Virus record (IMG/VR): IMGVR_UViG_3300028608_000006
Coordinates: 124,001-188,000 of that record
Direction: 5' to 3' (one strand)
Length of the DNA stretch: 64,000 bases
The stretch's first letter is position 1, and each line of letters begins with the position of its first letter. The translations under genes and the position numbers were made by a program. Shown here piece after piece: positions 1-6,615 of this stretch. The notes under the pieces are model-generated. The model did no database searches. It worked only from the letters and a program-made list of their open reading frames with translations, and was not told the origin of the DNA.

Positions 1-1252
1 TGACGTTCGTACAGATGAGATCGGCGCTCTGCTTGGTGATACGCTTCTCCAGCGGCATCATGCAGCTAGGGCACTCCTCAGGTGCTTTGAAGAGCTCGGC
101 TTCACCATGCTCGATCACACGATTCAGACGAGGAATCACGTCACCGTTACGGGTAACACCGATGACAGAACCTTTACGCAGCTCCAAAGCAAGGAACTGT
201 TTATAGTTGTCCAGCAGCGTACGAGAACAGATCACCCCGCCGATACGAGTAGGGGTATAGATCCCCACCGGCACCACACGACCAGTGCGAGTTGTGTTCC
301 ACTCGATATCGGTCAGACTGGTTGCCACTTCCACATCTGGATACTTGTACGCCAGCGCCCAGTTCGGGTACTTGTTGGTGACCCCCAGTTGATCTTGCAA
401 GTCAAAGTTATCGACCTTGATCACAATACCGTCAGCAGGCCAGTCCTTGCTGTTGATGTTCTCCCGGATAGCTTCTAGAGACGCCACAGGTGCGCAGTGG
501 AAGCCGAGCAGGGTCAGGTGGTTACGCAGTTGACTGTACTTCTGGAAACCCAGTCGACTGCTGCACGAGTAAGCGCCAAATCGCAGAAGACCTTTCACCG
601 CCGGGTTCTGGTTCTCCGGCAGAGCACGCACCCAACCACTGACTGCGTTACGAGGGGTAGCAGCTTGTTTAACCGCCGTCTCGTTGTACAGTTCAAACTC
701 GTGGTTGGCAATGTGACCTTCACCTCGGATAGAGATGGTGCCTGGCACAGGCACGTTGTGCAGGTCGGTTAACACCGTTGGGATATTCAGGCCAAACAAT
801 GGCAGAGCATGAGTCACATCCTCACCCACCAGACCCGAACCCCGGGTAACCATGGAAACCAGTGGTCCATCCACGTAAGTCAGTTCCAGCGCCAGCCCGT
901 CCAACTTAAGTTCATAGAAGAACTCAGTGTCTTCCGGAAACCGTGCGAGGAACTTATCAACCGCTTCTTGGTTCAGCCCTTTCTTCAGGCTGAGCATTGG
1001 CGAGTCAAAGGTCACCGCTTTCAAGCCTTCATTAGTAGGCTCGTGGATCGGCACAGGTTTGCGGGCAGTCTCGAACAACTCGGCAACTTCCGGGTGTTCT
1101 TCGGCCAACTCTTCGAAACGTTCTACCAGTTTGTCGTAGGCGTAATCGGGGATCTCCGAGGTGTCCTTGTTGAAATACAGATCCGCGTGGTACATGATGT
1201 CACGATTGAGATCGTTCATCTCGGCGAAGATTGTTTTGTGTTTTGCTTTCAT
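1..1252 (-). CDS. ligA: NAD-dependent DNA ligase (partial, runs off window start)
   Basis: Absent from the ORF track, so translated by hand from ATG at 1252: MKAKHKTIFAEMNDLNRDIMYHADLYFNKDTSEIPDYAYDKL...PMLSLKK...YELKLDGLALELTY (KxDG motif I), TRGSGLVGEDVT, IRGE, PRNAVSG, DGIVIKV, PNWALAYKY, TRTGRVVP, GDVIP and the CPSC...C zinc finger. The frame is open to position 2. Confidence 0.97.
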   Translation of the reverse strand, partial: MKAKHKTIFAEMNDLNRDIMYHADLYFNKDTSEIPDYAYDKLVERFEELAEEHPEVAELFETARKPVPIHEPTNEGLKAVTFDSPMLSLKKGLNQEAVDKFLARFPEDTEFFYELKLDGLALELTYVDGPLVSMVTRGSGLVGEDVTHALPLFGLNIPTVLTDLHNVPVPGTISIRGEGHIANHEFELYNETAVKQAATPRNAVSGWVRALPENQNPAVKGLLRFGAYSCSSRLGFQKYSQLRNHLTLLGFHCAPVASLEAIRENINSKDWPADGIVIKVDNFDLQDQLGVTNKYPNWALAYKYPDVEVATSLTDIEWNTTRTGRVVPVGIYTPTRIGGVICSRTLLDNYKQFLALELRKGSVIGVTRNGDVIPRLNRVIEHGEAELFKAPEECPSCMMPLEKRITKQSADLICTNV

Positions 1253-1263
1253 CGAAAAAACCT

Positions 1264-1319
1264 GCAAGCATAAATAAGGGTATATAAGGAGCCTGAGGAT
1301 AGTCCCCAAGCTCCTTATA
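1264..1319 (-). terminator. Hairpin with downstream TTATGCTTGC tail
   Basis: Arms tataaggagc (1283-1292) and gctccttata (1310-1319); on the minus strand the hairpin is followed by CCCTTATTTATGCTTGC. Confidence 0.7.
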
Positions 1320-1321
1320 CT

Positions 1322-1657
1322 TCAGTGCAGTGTACGTGTAGTCGGTGCGCTGATAAACGACTCAGCTGACCCGATGATTCCACCCACCGTAATAACAGTA
1401 GGTCGGTCGAACATCAGGTGTAAATCTAAATGCCACAGGAAACTCCACATCACCGCTGTGTTGTTTGCTTCGTGTTCCATGATCTCAGCGGCGAAACGGT
1501 GTACGGTGGGATGCAACATCATGGACAGCTTCGGAGCCTCGCGAGCATGCCCCATGAGGACATCCATACAAGTCTTGTCAACTACCACTTCATCGGGTGT
1601 TAAATCGAACGCATGCAGAAAACTGCGGTACGTCCAAATCAATTGTTCTTTGTTCAT
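1322..1657 (-). CDS. Degenerate (likely catalytically dead) paralogue of the adjacent nucleotidyltransferase, 111 aa
   Basis: Start moved to MNKEQ (ATG 1657, SD AAGGGG). Aligns without gaps to 1761..2198 over about 55 aa and shares DLH, but the GG and DxD motifs are replaced. Confidence 0.7.
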   Translation of the reverse strand: MNKEQLIWTYRSFLHAFDLTPDEVVVDKTCMDVLMGHAREAPKLSMMLHPTVHRFAAEIMEHEANNTAVMWSFLWHLDLHLMFDRPTVITVGGIIGSAESFISAPTTRTLH

Positions 1658-1760
1658 GCAGTCACCCCTTAGAAGGGTATCCGGTCTGTGGGCGGAGAGT
1701 TCCATTACGATGGTCAACCCAGTCATCAATAACGGTGTAATGGAACCCCACCCCAGAACC

Positions 1761-2198
1761 TTAGGCCATCCGCGCGGTTAGTCGGGGTGACCTCACTAGG
1801 GATTCCAGCTGAACGATCTCCATCAGATCTCGCTCACGCTTTCCCGGTTTACGGTTAGGCATGTTTGCCAGGTGCCGTTTCTGGATTAGCATTTCCCGTG
1901 CGCTGTAACAATACACGCCGTCAATGCATGCTAACCCGGTATCTTCGCTCAATTCGTGTAGATCGATAAACGGATCGTACACTATTCGCGGGCTTACGTT
2001 GTCTTCAATAATCAAATCACGACCTTGCGCGCACCACTTGAATACGCCAGGCTTTACATCCACATCCAGATCTTCGGTTGTCTCACGAACATCCATCATT
2101 ACCAGAGCGCCGCCAGCACTCAGTACTACATGATGCGGAAGCTCACCCAGACTCTCGACCAGCGCTTTGTAACGCGCAATAACCTGATCCTTGTTCAT
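1761..2198 (-). CDS. Minimal Pol-beta-superfamily nucleotidyltransferase (AbiEii/MenT-like signature)
   Basis: SAGGAL-x-RETTEDLDVD fits hG[GS]x9-13DhD; third carboxylate in FIDLH; C-terminal K..R..K.RD helix; SD GAGG. Confidence 0.75.
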   Translation of the reverse strand: MNKDQVIARYKALVESLGELPHHVVLSAGGALVMMDVRETTEDLDVDVKPGVFKWCAQGRDLIIEDNVSPRIVYDPFIDLHELSEDTGLACIDGVYCYSAREMLIQKRHLANMPNRKPGKRERDLMEIVQLESLVRSPRLTARMA

Positions 2199-2613
2199 CG
2201 TGTCGCCTCAATTGCGGAGTGATAAGTGTTGGGGCAATCGCCCTCAGTTGTTTGAAGAATTGACCCGAAGCCCATGCGTTTATGTTTTCGCGGACGTAAC
2301 TACCAAAGAGAGATTCCCTCACAAAATTCTCAAAGGCAACCCGCAGTGTTTCGTCGCATGAACCGGGTGGAGGCAACAACCCTTTATCGCGAACCTTACG
2401 TACCGCTTCCGACAATCGAATGCGGTCAACGTTCATGTCCACGATCCAGGTTGGATAACGCTTGCGTATAACAAAATGCAAGGCACCATGTTCCTCTATA
2501 AAACCAAGGACAATGCTGCTCTTGCGATTTTCAGTTACGGCTTCAACCAGAATTGGCTCAAAGGACCCTTTAAAGAAGTCAGGGTCCTTTAGGAATAAAG
2601 ACTTTAGATTCAT
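2143..2613 (-). CDS. Hypothetical protein (early operon)
   Basis: 156-aa ORF with SD-like AAAGGGTG; its 3' end overlaps the NTase gene by 56 nt. Confidence 0.7.
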   Translation of the reverse strand: MNLKSLFLKDPDFFKGSFEPILVEAVTENRKSSIVLGFIEEHGALHFVIRKRYPTWIVDMNVDRIRLSEAVRKVRDKGLLPPPGSCDETLRVAFENFVRESLFGSYVRENINAWASGQFFKQLRAIAPTLITPQLRRHDEQGSGYCALQSAGRESG

Positions 2614-2623
2614 GCACCCTTTC

Positions 2624-2899
2624 TCAGTGAAGCTGCGTAAGGTAGTTGATGATGTTCATCACGCTCTGTTGCACCTGGACAGTGGCACCAGGGTTGAGCA
2701 TGGTGTAGTTGATGGCACTGCGACCAGAATCGTCGAAGTTCACCAACGCTTGGTTGGAGCCGAAGAACGCGATGATAGCCGTTTTCGGATGACCTGGCTC
2801 CTGTTGGATGTTGACACTGGCGAAACCGGGACCCATTGGGTTCGGTGCGATAGAACCGTCTGCTTGTTCGGCGACGGGGATCTGTACGGGATTGATCAT
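2624..2899 (-). CDS. Hypothetical protein, first gene after the early promoter
   Basis: 91-aa ORF with SD AAAGGA, in a co-oriented operon. Confidence 0.7.
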   Translation of the reverse strand: MINPVQIPVAEQADGSIAPNPMGPGFASVNIQQEPGHPKTAIIAFFGSNQALVNFDDSGRSAINYTMLNPGATVQVQQSVMNIINYLTQLH

Positions 2900-3014
2900 T
2901 ACAATGTTCCTTTAGCTCTTGAAAAGGTGATTATGTCTTCGTTCCATAAACATGAGGCTTAACGGTTCAAATATAACCTAGCTGATCAAGACCCTAAAGT
3001 CCTATCACAGCTAA

Positions 3015-3031
3015 GTAATATAGGTTTCAAA
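3015..3031 (-). promoter_or_regulatory. phiKZ-type early (virion RNAP) promoter
   Basis: Minus strand TTTGA-AACC-TATATTAC matches the phiKZ early consensus (TATATTAC core with upstream TTTaA) and faces a small-gene operon. Confidence 0.75.
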
Positions 3032-3034
3032 TAA

Positions 3035-5500
3035 TTAAGCAATGATGCTGTCCTTATTTACTTCCCCCGTCAAGGTAAGACCCTCGTACCGCATGGCGAT
3101 AACGTTAGGGTTGGCAAACAAACCGTACTGGTTAACATAGTGCGAAACCATGAACAGTTGATTAGGCGACTTCTGCCGGGTGTATTCCTGAACGAAGCTA
3201 AAGAACCTGCCCCGATTAATCTCGTCCAAGTTAACCCCGATCTCATCCATGATCAACGGGTATTCAACCGGATGATACGACAGCATGACAAAGCGGAACG
3301 CCCAGTCAATAATGTCGCGTTCGCCCGCAGAACAATCCGTTACATCCGGAGTCGGTTCAGCATCACCCACGATCACAGGGAACTTGTACGTCAGGTCCCC
3401 GTTCTCTTTACTGCACGGCTTGATAAACAGCGGGCCATTCCAGATCTGCGCAAACAGCGCATTCATGTTGGCACAGACCGCTTTGATGAAGTCACCCATG
3501 AGGCGACCAATAAGACCTTTGTTCGGACACAGACCATCCATGTGGATGTCAATGATCTTCAAGCGACGCTTCAACCGTTGAATGTCGTCCGAGATGGAAT
3601 TCACCACCGCAGTCAACGAACGGTTCTTAATGATGGACGTCATGTAGTGGTCTTTCTCCTCGCTGAGGATACTGATCCGCTCATCCACTTTCAGTTTGAA
3701 GTTCGCTTTACCCTGATTACCGAGACCACGCATGATCTCTTCACGCAGCCCACGCAACCGACCCACATCACGCTGATACGACACGATGTGTTGCTGAGTA
3801 CGCTTCAAGGATTCCAGACGGTCCTTGTAATGGGAGATCTGGTTGTTCTCGACCAGCAGTTCCTTTTCGATACTCGCCAAGTAGATCGCTATATCCAGAA
3901 TGTTGTTCCGGTCCAGCAACCCTAAGCGCGTGTCTAAGAGGTTTTGCTCGACAGCCAGTGCCTCTTTCTTCGCCAGCAAGAGATAACGACCCATGAAGGT
4001 CTCAAGGGCATTCAGCAGCCGGTTTGAATCGGTTTTGCCGATATCGTACTCTTTAATGAAAGAAGGCAGCACAACACAGTGGTTATTCTCCCGCACAAAC
4101 CCAATCAACTGGTTCATGCTCAGATACCACTCCGCATCGTTCTCAATCTGCTTAGCGAGAACTTCCTGTGCTTTCTCGGTGCGTTCTACCCGAGTCGTCA
4201 ATCCTTCTTTCTGCTGACGCAATGCCGCTAGCTCAGCCGGCGTCACCCCCAACTTAAACTCGTGGGAACAATCTGGACAGTTCACGTTTTCAGCCGAGTC
4301 GTAATGATTCAGCTTGTGGGTGATGTCGGTCAGTTCGTTCTTCCAGTGACGCAACGAGTTGCTAAGTTCTTCCTGCTCACGGAGCCAACCTTTATAAGTC
4401 GCCCCATTGACAGTAGGATCGCTCACAACGGTCAATCGCCCCAAGAACTCACGGAAGCCCGGGATAACCAGTTCAAGGTTGTTCAGCGGGATCTCAGGGT
4501 CATTGAAGATCGGATACTGAGCCAGCAGGTTGTTGTAATCCGCCAGTTCCTCATTCACCTTCGCCAAGTCTTCACGGATATGATCCGCTTGTACCTGAAA
4601 CACTTCTGGATCCGCTAAGAACTCTTCCAGTCCGTCCAGCACCCCGGCGTGTTCCGCGATTACCCGTTGCAACACACCCGCTTGTTCTTGGTGACGTTGC
4701 ATGAGTTCCGTGGTGAAACCGATGGCCGTCGCTACCTCTGATTGGGTGTAAATAATCCCGCTCAGTTTATTAGTAGTTAATTGGTCCACCATGCGATTGA
4801 AGTCTTGGATCTTGGTGTTCAGATCCCGATCAACCTGAATGCCTTCCAGACTACCACGCACCAGCAGTGAGTCGCGAAGTTCCCCTTCGATGGTCTTAAT
4901 ACGTACTTCAAGTTCATCGATCCCGTACTCGTTAATCTCAGCGAGCTTACGGTTCTCTTCGGTGTAACGCGCAATCTGGTTCTTGATCGCCGCTTTCAAC
5001 TCGTTACGCTCAGTCCGGAGTTTGTTCCAGACCCCCAATGCATAATCCGTATCGTTCGGATACAGTTGCATGAAAACTTCTTTACGCTTACCCGGGGACA
5101 TCAACGACAGCAGATCAGTAATCCGCAGCCCACTCAAAACACGGTTGAGGTTATAGTCCAAACGGAAGTAACTCGCGCACAACTCTTTCTGTACCGCGCC
5201 AGTGCCGTTCGGGTTGAGTTCTTTCCCGTTCAGTTTAAAGCTGTGGCCGTTACTGTCATGCGGATAGGAATCAACGATGAAGTGTCGATCGCCTAATTTG
5301 AATTCGCCGTACTTACGGCCACCCGGGAGATAGTTAGCTTTCTCCGGAGCAAGAGGATTGGCTTCTTTCAGAATGCTGCTCTTACCACTTCCGTTTTTGG
5401 AGATAAACAGATTGATCATGTGGGGAGTAGAAAGGTTAACACTCTGGATGCCACTCTTTGTAAGGGGAATGTACTTTTCTAAGATGAGTTTAAGCAACAT
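3035..5500 (-). CDS. sbcC: SbcC/Rad50-like SMC-family ATPase
   Basis: Walker A NGSGKSS, long coiled coils, central CPDC zinc hook, signature CSAGE, Walker B LIMDE, and the H-loop VSH. Confidence 0.95.
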   Translation of the reverse strand: MLLKLILEKYIPLTKSGIQSVNLSTPHMINLFISKNGSGKSSILKEANPLAPEKANYLPGGRKYGEFKLGDRHFIVDSYPHDSNGHSFKLNGKELNPNGTGAVQKELCASYFRLDYNLNRVLSGLRITDLLSLMSPGKRKEVFMQLYPNDTDYALGVWNKLRTERNELKAAIKNQIARYTEENRKLAEINEYGIDELEVRIKTIEGELRDSLLVRGSLEGIQVDRDLNTKIQDFNRMVDQLTTNKLSGIIYTQSEVATAIGFTTELMQRHQEQAGVLQRVIAEHAGVLDGLEEFLADPEVFQVQADHIREDLAKVNEELADYNNLLAQYPIFNDPEIPLNNLELVIPGFREFLGRLTVVSDPTVNGATYKGWLREQEELSNSLRHWKNELTDITHKLNHYDSAENVNCPDCSHEFKLGVTPAELAALRQQKEGLTTRVERTEKAQEVLAKQIENDAEWYLSMNQLIGFVRENNHCVVLPSFIKEYDIGKTDSNRLLNALETFMGRYLLLAKKEALAVEQNLLDTRLGLLDRNNILDIAIYLASIEKELLVENNQISHYKDRLESLKRTQQHIVSYQRDVGRLRGLREEIMRGLGNQGKANFKLKVDERISILSEEKDHYMTSIIKNRSLTAVVNSISDDIQRLKRRLKIIDIHMDGLCPNKGLIGRLMGDFIKAVCANMNALFAQIWNGPLFIKPCSKENGDLTYKFPVIVGDAEPTPDVTDCSAGERDIIDWAFRFVMLSYHPVEYPLIMDEIGVNLDEINRGRFFSFVQEYTRQKSPNQLFMVSHYVNQYGLFANPNVIAMRYEGLTLTGEVNKDSIIA

Positions 5501-5553
5501 GATATGGATTCTTTATGAAAAGTCTCAATGGTCTACAGAATGAGGCAGGGAGT

Positions 5554-6558
5554 ATGAACTTAATCAACCATCTGGGTGTCGGCACCGTTGCCAGTACCAA
5601 GCAGACCAACACCGATGAAATCATGGTGTACCTGCCTAGCATGGCACCCGCAGCTGATGGCCGTGTGGTTGCGACTGCTAAGCAGGTCGAGAAGAAAAGC
5701 GAGAACGCGTACGGGGAGGAGACTACTAGCCGTGTACTGACGTCCAACACCTTCCCCGCTAAGTGGCGTTCCATGGGGGATAGCAACCGGATCACCCCAC
5801 CGGATGTTCGTGAAGGCAGTCAGGTTTCGATCTACCAAGTGAGCGGTCAGAACACTTACTACTGGACCACGTTCGGTATCAACGCCGAGACCATGCGTCT
5901 GGAAACGGTGATCATGGGTTATTCGGCTAACCCACAACAGTCCGATGACACACCTTTCAATATCGACAACTTCTACACCATGACGGTCTCTACTCACGAG
6001 GGCTTTGCTGCGTTCCGCACGACGCAAGCCAATGGCGAGAAGGCAGCCTTCGAAATCAAGGTCGATGGCAAGAACGGCAAGGTCATGGTGGGCGGCAGTG
6101 CCGGTAACTTCCTCGTTAAAGACGACGTCGCGCACTCGCTGACTTATGTGAACGCTGACGGCAGCATCTTTAACATCGACAAGAAGAAGATGAACGTCTA
6201 CGTTAAAGACTCCATCACGTTCAACGCCGACGAAGCATTTAACATCCTGACGAAGGTGTTTAACCTGAAATGCGAAAGTATTAACATTCAGGCTGATACT
6301 GCTGACATCCGTATCGGTGAAACGACATGGACGGGCAACATTACCCAGAAGGGTAACTACACCCAAGACGGTGACTTCGATCAAACCGGGGATTACACCC
6401 AGACCGGTGATTACGACCAGACGGGTAACATTACTTCTTCTGGTACAATTCACGCTGCCATCGATGTAACATCCTTGGTCAGTTTGAATTTGCACATCAC
6501 TACTGGCGTCAGAGGTGGTCCAGATCTCTCCGGTCCTCCAATGCCTACAGGCGGTTAA
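5554..6558 (+). CDS. Baseplate central spike / tail-tip beta-helix protein (phiKZ gp164-like)
   Basis: Start moved to ATG 5554 (SD GGGAG). OB-fold-like N-terminus (PPDVREGSQVSIY), 6-residue beta-helix repeats, and an apex-like C-terminus SLNLHITTGVRGGPDLSGPP. Confidence 0.8.
   Translation: MNLINHLGVGTVASTKQTNTDEIMVYLPSMAPAADGRVVATAKQVEKKSENAYGEETTSRVLTSNTFPAKWRSMGDSNRITPPDVREGSQVSIYQVSGQNTYYWTTFGINAETMRLETVIMGYSANPQQSDDTPFNIDNFYTMTVSTHEGFAAFRTTQANGEKAAFEIKVDGKNGKVMVGGSAGNFLVKDDVAHSLTYVNADGSIFNIDKKKMNVYVKDSITFNADEAFNILTKVFNLKCESINIQADTADIRIGETTWTGNITQKGNYTQDGDFDQTGDYTQTGDYDQTGNITSSGTIHAAIDVTSLVSLNLHITTGVRGGPDLSGPPMPTGG
6343..6432 (+). repeat. Five 18-nt / 6-aa beta-helix repeats in the spike
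   Basis: TQKGNY TQDGDF DQTGDY TQTGDY DQTGNI. Confidence 0.85.
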
Positions 6559-6566
6559 TAACCTTA

Positions 6567-6615
6567 CTACTACCCAACCCCATTACGGAGGTTGGGTAGT
6601 AGGGGTTATGTTTGC
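6567..6615. terminator. Hairpin between convergent genes with a TTATGTTTGC tail on +
   Basis: 13-bp arms ctactacccaacc (6567-6579) and ggttgggtagtag (6590-6602), then TTATGTTTGC at 6606-6615. Confidence 0.8.

Noticed and set aside
107-1273. + strand ORFs listed at the window start
   Set aside because: The minus strand here encodes a DNA ligase with all motifs; the ORF track missed it only because it is truncated.
2920-2953. 13-codon leader ORF (MFMERRHNHLFKS) upstream of 2624..2899
   Set aside because: No SD and too short to support.
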